A stretch of 63,315 nucleotides of DNA, filler included, from Hyphochytrium catenoides (GCA_900088475.1; 10 parts of 10 records of this genome joined end to end with filler, not necessarily neighbours in it), one strand, 5' to 3'; counted from the first letter of the whole stretch, positions 1 through 12,821 are shown. The notes: a model not told the origin generated them from the sequence alone. Numbers and translations are program-made.

Positions 1-157
1 AGGGGCAGTCATCAGTGAATATTACGCCCTCAATCTGTCGATGTTCATATTTATCATCTACTTCTACTATGGACTTAGACAACTGCCTGCCTTTGAACGG
101 AAGCTCTCCAGTCGTCCACAGCAGGACAGAAGATCGTTCAAGGTACTGGTTATAACA

Positions 158-1534
158 CTAGGTTGCCAAGATGACCCCAACAATTACAAGGAAGGGGAAG
201 ATGACCACCTGGTGCTTGTTCGTCTGGGCGTTAGACTGCTGCTCGGTGCTTGCACCACCAGACTCTACGGCATCACTGCTAGCGGCACCCACTGCAGGAT
301 CCCAGAAGAAGCTCGTGAAAGCCTCAGTGCTATCAGCAACAATGGCTATTTTCTGGGCACTCTGCTCATTCCACTTCTTAGCCCCAGAGTTAGAATCATC
401 CGTTGTCTCGTCCTTCGCATACTCAAACACCTTTAGGGGAACAGATTTCTCGCCGCTGGAGGTTTGGATCTTAGCTGTTCCGTCCCAAGAAAACTTTGAC
501 TCCTCAGCCGAGACCGACCCCGACGTTTCCAGCTTAGCCTTGGCAGAAAAGTCAGCAAGAGAACTCCATAGTTTGTGCTTGAAAACCAGTCTATTGCCCT
601 CTGCTTTTGCCCAATTAGCGAGGCCGATGCTCCACTTCATGGAGTCTTGAGCAAGCTTTACCGACGCCGCTTTCGCAGCATCGTCTGCAGATGACGCGAC
701 TGTGATGTTCACGGTAACTTTGCCCTGCACTGCAACTCCGTCTTTGCCCTTCAACGATGCTTCAGCAGCTGTGTTAGCAGTCATGAAGACGGCTCCATCT
801 AAAGTTGTATCGGCCACTTTAAGCGGGCTCCAATTCGATTTAGGGATCGTGCCAAGCTTCAGGCTCTTCACTGTCTCGTTTTTACTGTTGATCTCTACAA
901 TCTCTGTGAGAGTGATACGAGTCCCTTTGAAGGCATTGGCGCCCGTCTTCATGCTATGAATGTCACCTTCCATCTGAGGAATTAAGTGGAAAGCGAAAGA
1001 AGGCCCGTTGTTGAGCTCAAAAACTTGGCGATAGCCAGCCTTCACTGCTGGGTCTTTTGGCTTGCCCTGGATGAAAAGCTGGTGACCGGAGGCGAGAACG
1101 AGGCCAAACGTTAGTGTCCGCAAAAATAGAAAGCAAAGTCCGCAAGGGAGACGATGGCAATGCGAGGAAGATGTTTATACTTTCACGAGGTTGACAGGTA
1201 AACGACAAGGAGGGCAACATGATCGTAAGCTGTCGATAGAAAGAAACAAGGTTACTTTCTTTATCTGTTAACGTATCTAACTTACCTCTCTGCCGCCATC
1301 CGCACAGGTGATGTTCAGATCCCTTTTTGATCCTGACACCTTGCCAGCGACCTCAACTTGGACCTCTGTCGAGGCTGACAATCCACCCACACTAACACTT
1401 GTCGTAACCGAGCCTTGAACTCCAATGGCCTCTCCCTTCCCACCACAAGTCAATGGATTGTCTTTGCGGACGGCGTGGACATCTGTGCTGAGGGCACCGA
1501 TTGACAGCGCCAGTAGAAAGAGAGCATGCCTCAT
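158..1534 (-). CDS. Two-exon secreted, C-terminally membrane/GPI-anchored beta-rich protein of unknown function
   Basis: Exon 1 1534-1286 (signal peptide MRHALFLLALSIGALS..., ends GGRE|GTAAGT). Acceptor ttcatccag, then exon 2 1066-158 in phase 0 (GKPKDP...FFWDPAVG, S/T/A linker, hydrophobic tail VVIFPFLVIVGVILAT). Joins track ORFs 1277..1534 and 158..1123. Confidence 0.75.
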
Positions 1535-2103
1535 CCTGGTAGATGTCTATAATAATAGAACTTGAGATAGCTCTTTGAGAGTCTACTTCCGCTGGAACTC
1601 AGTCAGACGGTGATGGCTCCTGAGAAGAATTGAAAATGAGTGAGTACAAGGCGGGACCTTCAAACAGCTCAAGTCTTAAGCGGTGGTTAGAGCCGTCAGC
1701 CTGGGCCCTGACGTGGTGGATACTTCTATTCTGGGCATGGCGTGCTGCACTCCGTTACATAGCCAGGCAGCATGTCATAGACGAAGATTGGCAGCTTCAT
1801 GACGTTTCGGGCTATCCTTTTGTTCACCTTGGTTTTTGGTTGTTGACACGTGCCACTATCCTCTATCCCAGAAGGTCATCTCACTTCATCTCTTCCTCTA
1901 TTATCACCGTCCCCCCCTATGGCGTTGCTCCCGGCCGTCGCTATCACTGCTGCTTATCAAGGGAAGCCGTCCTAGTTTAATTTAATTTGCTGTCATGGTA
2001 CTATGAGATAATAAGAGGAGTGAGGTGTGTGCCTTGATCACCAACCAGCAGAGGACCGACAGGTCCTCGCTTCACGGCGGTTTCGAAGGACCGCTTCTTA
2101 CTT

Positions 2104-2203
2104 NNNNNNNNNNNNNNNNNNNNNNNNNNNNNNNNNNNNNNNNNNNNTTAATTAATTAANNNNNNNNNNNNNNNNNNNNNNNNNNNNNNNNNNNNNNNNN
2201 NNN
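2104..2203. other. Artificial contig linker (N44-TTAATTAATTAA-N44)
   Basis: Six-frame-stop spacer. Identical linkers at 17852-17951, 30538-30637, 39125-39224, 43607-43706, 52495-52594, 56217-56316, 58284-58383 and 61713-61812. Confidence 0.97.
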
Positions 2204-2688
2204 TGTCCGGGTCCGTCGTGGTAGTAAGTAGGTGATGAACATGATGCCCAGGCCTGATTAGAGTCGTGCACCACCCCTTAAACTCGTGGACTTCACGACT
2301 CTAAGGACTCCGCAGATTGCTTATTCTCGTGCACATAGTTCCTCCTAATAAAGGACTCCGTTTAGGTTTTTGAGCCTTGTTGGCTGAACCGCCTCAGGCT
2401 GTAAGGCGCCAAAAACAACAGCAAAATCTCTTTGCTCTCACTCCAAACTCCCGAGGAACCAACAACAACACTCAACAACATGATCTCAATGAAGAAGATC
2501 TCATCATGATCTCATGGTGTCCGGTTGCTCGTCACAAACGGTTCACCCGACTGGCTCATAAATAACTCATCATAACTACTTCATAGTGCCATCATCCTCA
2601 TGGCATTTTCTCTCTGTCCGTCTCTGTCTCTCTCCCCGCTCTCTCTCTCTCCCCCTCTCTGTCCCTCTCTCTGTCCCTCCTCTCTCTG

Positions 2689-2726
<38 letters not shown>

Positions 2727-3799
2727 CTAATTTTTTTCTTTCTCTCTCACTCATTCTTCGTCGTTTGCTCTATCATCTGTGTATCTATTTATTATGCATC
2801 TATTTATCTAGTTACCTATCTAGTAGGACGGAGTTATTATTTACCTACCTATCAATCTACCCCGTCGTAATAGTCAGCAGCAACCACCACAAGTGGAGTA
2901 GTAGTACTTAAGCTGACGACTGGCTTGAAGGTTGTGAGAAGAAATGAGAGAACGTCCATAGTTGAAAGCATCGCTTGTCGCTTGTGCGTGCTTTGGGCCT
3001 CGAAAATAATATGGAATCGAAAATAATATGGAATCGTGCACTCGTGCAGTTCACGACTTTAATCAGGCTGATGATGCCTTCTCCTGACGACAACGAACAG
3101 GAGTTCATAAAGGGCACCAGGGTGGTGATGGGAATAATAGTTGTGGTGGTGGCGGCAAAAATAAAGCCTATGGTAAGTTTATTGCTTATATGTTAAGTTC
3201 GTTGTTAGCTTCCGGTCTTCTACGATGATAATGATTGCAGCACTTTCTTCTGCTTCTTCAATAATAATTTTATTATGGTCATCAGTATAGCGTTTGATGA
3301 GAACATAAATAACAGTAAGCTGTTACAATGAATGAAGATACGCAAAAGGCAAAAGGCAGCATTCAATGATTGAGAGGGTAAATAAAGTGCATTATATGAA
3401 GCAATGTTGCGATAGAAGCTCCCGCCGCTATCTGACCACCGCCCTATTATTACTAGTAGTCCTGTCTCCGTAAGTAAGGTTTTATTTACCGCGTATCAGT
3501 GAAGGTGTCATCATCATCATCCTACACTCTTCTTCTCTTCTCAGCTCAAATATTATCTTTTCCCGCCCACCCGCTGTAACCTTTTGTCGTTGCGAGAAAT
3601 CGAATAATGCTCTACCGCTTTCCCATCCATTTGTCTAGTCCGGAGGCCTGCTTGGCACTACAGGCTACTTGGCTTCCCTAGTTCTATGATAACTAGGAAC
3701 TTTACCTATACATGACTTGCGCACCCAACCAAATTCCACTGATGAGTACCACCGTATGTATGCCCACAGTATCCAAGAAAAAGTCAATAAATAGAGAAG

Positions 3800-4459
3800 T
3801 GAAAGAGGAAGAAAGGAACAGGTTCACAGGCTGCTAGTATTGAAGCCCCCTACTTTAGATAAATCATGGACCAGCTCACTTATGATGTTGTCCATAAAAA
3901 ATATGGAAAGGGCCAACGGTAGTAACATACGACAGTAAGAAGCCTCCTCACACCGCCAATCCTCTCACAGTAGTAAGAGTACGCACCTCAAAAGCCTGCC
4001 CGTCCCCTGGTCCCCAACAGACAAATGAAAAAGAGAACATGAAAGTCTTCGTTGATCACCTGGCTGACCCACATTAGTAAAGGAGGACGATGGAGGTCAT
4101 CATGTAACAAGTAGAGAGACAGGTCGCACGATAGAGTACTTCCTAGGAGTACTTTTATTTAGTTACTAGTTGGACCTAGGACTGTTTGGTTGTGGTATGT
4201 TTCCAGAACCATGGGGATCCCAGCCCTCACGCTAACCACTTAGCCATGGTGACTCTGGTTATTGACCATTTTCACGTATGGAACTTATAGGTTCCTAATA
4301 ACAGTACAGTTACGAAAGAAACAACAGAGAATGGCGCAATAGGTCAAAGGACAGAGCCAATCAAGAACATCTGAAGCAAGCAAGGCCTGGAAGGTCTAGG
4401 AATATTCACAAGGAACCCATGCTCCTGCTCCTCCTCCTGCTGCTTGTTCTCACTGTTCA
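3800..4459 (+). mobile_element. Possible decayed LTR-retrotransposon 3' end / LTR
   Basis: Purine-rich tract followed by TGTAACA at 4103 and a possible end TGTTCA at 4459. CTAG-rich palindromes resemble those in the copia LTR at 57776. No intact ORF. Confidence 0.25.
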
Positions 4460-5156
4460 AACCAAACCCAAAGAGCACATACAGTCGTTCCTCCCAATTC
4501 CTCCTCGATTCAGAAAATGCCGTACTTGTCCTCGTACCAAGAACCAGAGCCAGAAAGATTTCCTATATTTTGCTTTCTTACGAGGGGGCGCTTCCTGAAG
4601 TTGTTAGATTTGTATGGGTAGCCAGGCGAAATTTTTCCTTTGGAGGCAATGTTTCCAGGAACCTGAAAAAATTTGGGTCGTTCTCATGCTGTGTCCAGTG
4701 CCTTCTTTGATAGATTAGGGGAGCAGCACAGGGGAAACCAGGAAAATTTCCACATAAACGTTGGTACTCACAGAAAAAGCCAGTCTGACCCTTGTTCAAC
4801 CCTCATCAAGGTAGAGGGATAGCGCCGGCCACCTGGTTAAGGAGAGGTACATCCCTCAGGTCTTACGCATAAACCAGTACAATGCCTGATACGTAATGTC
4901 CCACCCGCCCCCACCTCCAGGGTCATCCCCCTCTTTCTAGATAATGCTTCTGATGACGCTCTTTGGCACGTGAATTTGACCCACCTGATGATACACTGAT
5001 TCTAAACACACCTCGAATACTCCATAGTAAGATAACTATATATAGGGTAAGTGAGTTTGTGGCACTGTGTGTTTGTCGAAAGTGGGACAGGGCCAGTGGG
5101 GTTTTTGACCAATCGGCCGTCAGAGAACTGGACTGCTGCCCTTTCCTCCTCTTATT

Positions 5157-5212
<56 letters not shown>

Positions 5213-5881
5213 CACACAGCACGACAGAGAGGGAGACTGCAACAGAGAGAGAGAGAAAAGAGAGAGAGAGAGAAGACAATAAGAGAGAGAGAGAGAAGAG
5301 AGAGGGAGAGAAAGGAGAGAGACGAGAGAAGGGAGAGAGAGAGAGAGAAAGAGAGAGACAAGAGAGAGAAGAGAGAGAGAGAGTGAGAGAAGGTGGAATA
5401 GGAGCCTAAGACCCTAGGAAAGACCTGAGACAGAGCCGCCACCCCACTACATCTCAGCAGTGACCAGGGTGAGGGAGACAAAGAGTGTGCAAGACAGGCA
5501 GGGAAAGAGGCGCACGGGCTGGAGGAAGACACGCCAGTCATAAGCCTCACAGTTTCTTCCTCCACTTTTCCATCTGCTTTCCCTTGTCCACAACCCTCTC
5601 TCTCTCTCTCTTCCCGTGGCAGGCCTGGTTGGTCTCTCGCACTCGCTCTCCCACAAGCCAGTTTGCTGAGTTTCATAGGACCCTTTCTTGTCTCGCTGGC
5701 TCCTCTCTCTCTCCTTGTCCATCTCGCCATCTTCCGGCCGTTGCCTCAGCCTGCGGACAGTCAGAGATTCCTGCTCCCAGACGCAGTTGTGAAGCTTTGT
5801 GTCGGAGACCTCATCTCTCTCCCGTCAGACGGGCTTTTTGCTGTTATTGATCTGCGGCACAGAAGAGGGACAAAAGGAATC

Positions 5882-7204
5882 ATGAAGCTCGTTACGAAGT
5901 ACGTCGTAGCTCTAAGCGCAGCGTCTGCAGGCCTGGCCGTGGGAGCGCAGGAGTTCAAGTGTACGCCTTATGATGTGCTGATGACCAGAGCTGTGGGCAC
6001 AAAGGCTGAGATGTTTCTCGACCCAAGCACTGGGCAGAATGTCTTCACGCCCAAGTATGAGCTCAACAATGTGAACTTGGCTTCTGTCTCGGGCTCCTTG
6101 AAGTTCATTATCACCGAGACCATTGACTGGGAGACTGGCGTTGACAAGATCAACTGCGCGAGGAAGAACAACGTCAACTATATTGACTTCTACCTCTTCA
6201 CTGTCTGCACGCCAGCGAATGCGACCTGGTGGTTCTCGCCCTTGAAGCCCGCGACGTATGGAGCTAGCAAGGAAGGTTATGATTACCATGGCTTTGGCAA
6301 GTATCTGACCTTCGATGCCGGTCTGTGCAACCCTGAGCAGGAGTACTGCGACTACCTCTACGGCACTGGGGATGTGCCAAAGCTCGGCCAATGGGTCGGC
6401 TGGATGAGCGTTGAGGACGATGTGCGCAACCCTACGTCTAAGGCGTACTGGTACTCCGCGCCAGGCTCTTGCCCAATGCGCCCGTGGAGCCCCAACGCTG
6501 TCGTCAAGACTGCGAAGGACGACAAGTGCAACAAGCAGTATCCTTCTGGGCTTTGCCCTCCTGGCACCAAGCCTGATGGCGTGAAGTGCACGTACAGCTA
6601 CGACTTCTTGGGAGAGATTGATGTCAGTTCTCTCGCAGGCATCACGGACCTGGGATACGCGACCTATGCCGACTTCTGCAAGGCTGGGAACAAGGAGTTC
6701 GTCCGCTCAGGCAACTATAGCTTCGTGGAGGGACTGCCCTTCTGGGAGGACCCGCTCAACCAGACCCGCAATGCTCTGCGTATCGAGGCGATGCTCCAGC
6801 ACTATAACAACAAGACGCTGTACCCCAACAACAAGGCTCTGCCCTCGGCCCAGAGCATCAACACCAAGAACCCTCCCTGCTATTGTGTCACCCCCGCGTG
6901 CACGGCCGATAAGCCTTGTGCTTGGGACTCGGAAAACGTATGCGTAGCCTGCACTCCTGGTTCCCAGGGATGTGAAGGCAAGCCAGACTATTCCAAGTGC
7001 AAGGGCAATCCTCAGCAGTTGAAGCAGGTCGCCATCCCCGCCTCGTCAAGCAACGGGAGCAAGAAGGGCGGAAGCAAGGGCAGCTCCTCAGGTGGGAGCA
7101 AGGACGATGGCAGCGGCGGCGGCGACGAGAGCGCAGCTGTTTCTTCCACGGTTGCTCCACTCCTTGCGGGTGTGATGACCGTGGTAGCTGCCGCTCTTCT
7201 TTAG
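5882..7204 (+). CDS. Intronless Cys-rich secreted, probably GPI-anchored surface protein of unknown function
   Basis: ATG at 5882 gives a signal peptide (MKLVTKYVVALSAASAGLAVGA). Many Cys, motifs NNVNLAS...CARK and YWYSAPGSCP, a G/S/K linker and a hydrophobic C-terminal tail. Strong C/G bias at codon position 3. Confidence 0.85.
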   Translation: MKLVTKYVVALSAASAGLAVGAQEFKCTPYDVLMTRAVGTKAEMFLDPSTGQNVFTPKYELNNVNLASVSGSLKFIITETIDWETGVDKINCARKNNVNYIDFYLFTVCTPANATWWFSPLKPATYGASKEGYDYHGFGKYLTFDAGLCNPEQEYCDYLYGTGDVPKLGQWVGWMSVEDDVRNPTSKAYWYSAPGSCPMRPWSPNAVVKTAKDDKCNKQYPSGLCPPGTKPDGVKCTYSYDFLGEIDVSSLAGITDLGYATYADFCKAGNKEFVRSGNYSFVEGLPFWEDPLNQTRNALRIEAMLQHYNNKTLYPNNKALPSAQSINTKNPPCYCVTPACTADKPCAWDSENVCVACTPGSQGCEGKPDYSKCKGNPQQLKQVAIPASSSNGSKKGGSKGSSSGGSKDDGSGGGDESAAVSSTVAPLLAGVMTVVAAALL

Positions 7205-8473
7205 TCTGCCTTCCTCCTTCTTGGCCTTCTCTTCGATAATTTAAGGGCGGAGCTTGCTTGCTTGTGGAAGTGAAATAGATCCGCTGCGATAGCTTCTTTT
7301 CTTTTGCTTGTTTCCTTGTAGGTCTGACCGAGCTTTGACGCTTGTAAGGGCTTTGACTCAGAGGCAAAGTGCGCCAACATTAACTTTTAAATATGCTATA
7401 AATAGCTAACACAATGCCTTGCTTTCAATGCATCGTTGCCCATCGTCAGTCACGCATTGGCGATCCGGTACGCCGTTAGATTTCTCTCTTCTTTTCACCC
7501 CTTAACTCTCTCTTACACCGTCCTTTTTGGGTTCTTGGCCTGTCTGGCCCTGGATAGAAGGGCATCAGACATTTGCTGGTGGTTATGTTGAGTCACGACA
7601 ATGATATGGCGGGTCAGTCTTGTGTCAATATCCGTCTTATCTTACTGATCCGTCCTGGTCACTGCGAGAAGATAAGGTGTTCCTTTCTTCCCTTTATGGT
7701 AGGTACGCAAGTTTCCCTTTTATCTCTCTCTCTATGTTTATCTATATCCCTCTCTCTCTCTCTCTCTCAGAGGCCAGCAACTATGGAAGAAGCCGCTCCG
7801 CGCATCTTACACTGCGCATTTCTCTTCACTTCCCGTCGTTTCTCCTAGCTCTTATCAAATGGTAGAGCTGTGCGAAGAGTCAGCCGGAGATCGCTGCCTA
7901 GGGAGAACGTTCTGTCTTCCCTTACTCAAGTCTTACCGCTCGGTCGTACCGCGCGCTCACACTGAAATTTTCTTACATTGCGCTCTGCAGCATAATTTGT
8001 CGGCTTCTCAAGCTTCTTTCTCTCTCTCTTCGAGAAGATCTTTTGTTTTCTCTCTCACGTGTTTCTCTTCTGGTCTGTTTCCCTCTCTCAATGCCTGGGT
8101 TTCGCAGCGTGCTCTCTCTCTCTCTCTCTTTCTCCCCGCTCGCTTGGCGCGAGTATCCTACCCTGTCGCCCTTCTTCCCCATTCCCCGCTCCCTGTGTAC
8201 ATCACTGCTCCTTTGCTTCCCTTCTTTATTATCTACGGAGCACAGAGCTTGAGCGTGCCCTCTCGGAGAAGGTGGCATAGCATACAGAGCAGCAGTGTTG
8301 ACGACGTTCAAGCTAGTTTATAAGGCCTTCGTTTCAACCGCTACTGGGAGAAAGAGTAAAGAGAACAGACAAGGAACAAGAGAGAGAGAGAGAGCTTTAG
8401 ATGAAGAGACCGAAAAGGCCGACTAAAGCAGGAGAGCCACCCAGAGAGGGAGCGGACGGCAAAGAGTTCGTTA

Positions 8474-10621
8474 CTATTGCTGCTGCTGCGCCTGAATGTA
8501 AGCCTCCAACTGCCCTGTGGCAGCAAGGATGAGCCCATAGAAAGGAGGAGAGAAGCGTCCCGGCCTGGACTTGAACTCTGGATGGAACTGCGTGGCAAAG
8601 TAGTAAGGATGCGCCGATCGGTCCAGCTCCACGATCTCCATACGCTGGATCCGCTCATCTGTACCCACGAAGAAGAGGCCCGCTTGCTCCAACTGAGGGA
8701 CGTAGGACGGGTTTACTTCGTATCTGGAAGGAGAGACAAGCATGAGAGAAGAGGGGGACAAGATCCAAGACAGACGGTGTGTGTGAGATGATGTACATGG
8801 AATAACGGCCTAGGCAGGGGACAGAGACAAATCTATATAACAGACACAGCGAGAGAGAGAGAGAGAGACAGAAAGGGAGAAAGAGACAGAGATAGAAGCA
8901 AAAAAGAGATCGTGCCGGGAAAACTGAGAAGACAAGGAAAGACAAGAGAGGTAAAAGGAGCAAACATCCGACAGCGGCATCTAAAGGGAAGCAGCGAGAG
9001 AGAAAAAGAGAAAGAGAGATAAAAAGGGAGAAAGAAAGAAAGAGAGAGAGTGAAATGAACTTTTGACCTGTGTCTATGTCTGTCCATGACGGACTTCTTA
9101 TTGCTATAGAGCACTTGCGCCAAGCTTGGCTTTCCATCAGCTCTTGGTCTGAGCACCGTCCTCCTAGAGCCCAGGCGCATGGTGCCTCCAAGGTTGACAG
9201 GGTCGATCTCGGGCATGAAGACAATCACGTTGTGTTTCCCCGCAGGAGTGAACTCCTGAGTGATTAGGGTCGGGGAAGAACGGAGAGAAAGAGAGAGAGA
9301 AGCCAAAAGTGAGAAGAAGGGTTACGAGAGAAAGGGGAAGAAGCAACGGGTGTGTCAGAGAGAGTCCAAGCTGCTTTGATCTTGCGCGCAAGCTTGCGAA
9401 GAGAGCCCGCACGCGAGAGAGATTGAGAGGCAGAACAACAGACAGAAACATGCTTTAGAATGCAGAGGAACCAGCTCGAACTATAAGAGCAGCCGCAAAG
9501 TTTCTCTCTACCTCGCTGGTGGCCGGGACCTTCAGTACATTCCGCGCGTACTCAATGACCGCGACCTGGAGCAGGAAAGCCGGATTAAGACGGGGAGACA
9601 GCCGACCTTGGAAAATGTCCACAATTTTCACGACACAATAGTCCTATCTTCCATCTCTCTCCCTGTCTATCCCCCCTTTCTCTCCTCTCTCGATCTCAAC
9701 CTCTCTTTCTGTCCCTCTTTCTCTCTTATTTCTTCTCTCACACCCACGCATCCACCTCGCTGGCTCTCTCTCTCTGCTCTCTTCCATCATTGCTAGCTCT
9801 CTCAAGTACCTGCATGCCCAGACAGATGCCAAAGTACGGGATCTTCTTCTCTCTCGCGTACTGCGCGGCCAGGACCATCCCTTCGACGCCTCTGTCTCCA
9901 AATCCGCCTGGGACCAGGATCCCGTCCACCTCGCCCAGCCGCTGCCACGCGCTCTCATACTTCTCCGGCTCAGAGGCGCGGGTTCCCCGCTCGAGCTCGG
10001 CGGCTTCGATCCATTCAATCACCAGATCGCGCTCGCAGCGAATAGAGGCATGCTTCAGCGCTGAAGAACGAGAGAGAGACAGAAGCAGAAATTGAGAAGA
10101 TACAGAGTAAGACGACGAACGTGTGCGCAGAGAGAGAAAGGAAAGAGAGACAAGAATCATCAGCGAGCGCCATCATTGCTGCAGCCTATCTAGGGACAAC
10201 GGACAGATACTCCTACGAAGCAAGGATATAGCAAAAGAGGAGAGTTGTGTCCGGCAACTCCCTCTTCTTCTTGTCCCTCACTCTTTCTCTCTGCCCATTC
10301 TCGTCCTTTCCTCTGCCACTTGCCTTACCTTTAATGACGGAGAGATAAGAGTCCGTGAGGCCTGTGTATTTGCCCACAATGGCGATCCTGACTGTCTCCG
10401 TGAAGCTATCAACCTTCTGCGCCAGGTGCCGCCAGTCTGCCAGCTGCAGTTCTGAAGACGGCGGGGTGATGGATAGCCGCTGCATGATTAGCTTGTGGCA
10501 GTTCTGATGAAGGAGAGAAAGAGAGAGAGAGAGAGGTTGGTAAAGAGGGAGATGAGACCGGCAGAAGGAGATGCTGGAAGGGGAGTAAGGAGCACAAGCT
10601 AATCACCTAACCCAGCAGCCC

Positions 10622-10664
<43 letters not shown>

Positions 10665-11397
10665 TGACCTTGTGCTCTCCCAGCTCTTACCTGGCTCTCA
10701 AGGAGGAGCGGCACGTGATAGATATTGCTCACGTCATGCACGGACAGGACATTCTGAGGCGCGATATGGCAGAACATGCCAATCTTCTGCTTCGTGCCCT
10801 CCTCCAGCTCTTTCTCGCTGCGGAAGCAATGTGAAGAAAGAGCGAAAGAGAGAGAAGGTAGGAAGAGAAAGTAACGAGAGAGAGAAGACAAGTAAGGGAG
10901 GGCACCGAGCCGCACTTATCTCTCTGTAAAAGACTTCCTTGTCTGACGCCCTACTCGTCCTTGTCTTCCTCTCCCTCTTTCAGTCCCAACTGAACATGAG
11001 GACCTGAGCTTCTCTCTATCTTCCCTACCCTTCCACTTTGCCCTCCATTTCTCTTCTCTCTCTCCTCTCTCCCTCCCGCAGACCTCTTACCTACGACAGA
11101 CGATGATGTCGGGACTCAGCCCACAGCTCCTGAGCTCTTTCACTCCGTGCTGCGTAGGCTTTGTCTTCTGCTCTCCCACAGAGCCCAGCACAGGGACGAG
11201 AGAGACGTGTGCGTGGCAGTAATTCTCGTGTCCCACGCGGAACTGGAACTGTCTGAGAGCTTCGAGGAAGACCATGCTTTCGATATCTCCCACGGTCCCT
11301 CCCACCTCGATCAGACAGACATCTGCACTCTCTCCGGACTCCGTGACGGGCCTGACGGCAACTTGTTGAATCCAGTCCTGTCAACAACGGAAAGGAG

Positions 11398-11433
<36 letters not shown>

Positions 11434-11569
11434 GAAGAATGAACTTCTAAGTAAGAGGGAACGGCAAAGAGCGGAGAGAGTAACAAGTCTCAATGTGAAT
11501 TGCAGGCTTCCAGGAAGGAGGAAAAGAGAGAGGCAGAAAGAGACGGATGCCACGGCAGGAGAGAACACA

Positions 11570-11600
<31 letters not shown>

Positions 11601-11796
11601 AAGGGAGAGGATGAAGCCCCTTACCTGGATGGCGTTCGTGACATGAGGCACGACTTGCACGGTCTTTCCAAGGTAGTCACCCTTTCGCTCGCGCTTGATG
11701 ACTTGATGGTAGACCTGCCGCCCAAGAAAGATACAAGAGAGAGAAAATAGAACAAGCAGTCATGAGCGCACGGCTGAGACACCTGAGCGACAGAGC

Positions 11797-11850
<54 letters not shown>

Positions 11851-11981
11851 AGTGAGAACACTTGCATCATATTTTCCATACCTTTCCAGTGGTAATGTTA
11901 TGATCCTTCGTAAGGCTGATGTCCAAGAAGCGCTCATAGTTGCCCAGATCTAGATCAGACTAGAAGAGAGAGAGAGAGAGT

Positions 11982-12038
<57 letters not shown>

Positions 12039-12433
12039 AAGAGAAAAGGATCAGATGACCTCGGGAATAGAGGAAGAGAGAGGAGTAGATAGCGGAGTAT
12101 GGGTTAGGGAAAGAGAGGGAGAAAGAGTGAAGAGGCAGCAGGGGAAGAGCTCCGTACACGCAAAAGAGAGAGAGACCAGGGAGAGCGAGAAGAGAGAAGG
12201 AAAGAAAGAGAGAGATTAGGAAAGGACACTGGGTGAAGGGGAGGCGGCGGTAGACATGAGAGTTGGCAGCGGACGGATTACCTCTCCTCCGTCGTCTAGG
12301 ACAAACACTTCTCCATGCTCAAACGGAGACATCGTGCCGGCATCAGAGTTCTGCGGCCCCGAGCGAGCCGATGAGAGAGAAGCGGTGCGGGTTANNNNNN
12401 NNNNNNNNNNNNNNNNNNNNNNNNNNNNNNNNN

Positions 12434-12475
<42 letters not shown>

Positions 12476-12821
12476 AAAGAGAGGGATAGAGAGAGATGCG
12501 TGAATCAACGACAGCCGGACAGAACCTAATGGAAAAAAAGAAAGAAGTTGGAGAGAGAGAGAATGAACGAGAGACAGTTAAAAAAGAGAGAATGTGAAAG
12601 AGAGAGAGTGTGTGAAGGAGAGAGAGAGTGAAAGGCAGAGCATGTCAAGGAAGCAGAGCAACATGAGAGAGAGAGCAAGGTTGCGAGCCTACCAGGTAAG
12701 GGTCAATCTTGATAGCGGTGACACTGAGTCCTGCGGCCTTGAGGATGACGCCGATGCTGCTAATGGTGATGCCTTTGCCCAGGCCGCTGACCACCCCGCC
12801 AGTCACTACCACGTACTTCAT
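8474..12821 (-). CDS. CTPS: CTP synthase, 11 exons
   Basis: [23 protein letters not shown]|[23 protein letters not shown]|[53 protein letters not shown] (catalytic Cys), RHRHRYEVN, QFHPE. Exons approx. 12821-12693, 12350-12282, 11959-11882, 11714-11625, 11377-11092, 10816-10691, 10504-10329, 10060-9809, 9565-9512, 9256-9068, 8723-8474; GT-AG introns. Confidence 0.97.

Noticed and set aside
2104-2203. Repeated TTAATTAATTAA palindrome flanked by Ns (9 copies) as a biological repeat or CRISPR
   Set aside because: Fixed 44N-12-44N layout with stops in all six frames; an assembly concatenation linker.
4951-5000. Box C/D snoRNA-like TGATGA/CTGA motifs (also near 50950-50998)
   Set aside because: Spacing too short, no terminal stem and no recognisable rRNA guide.
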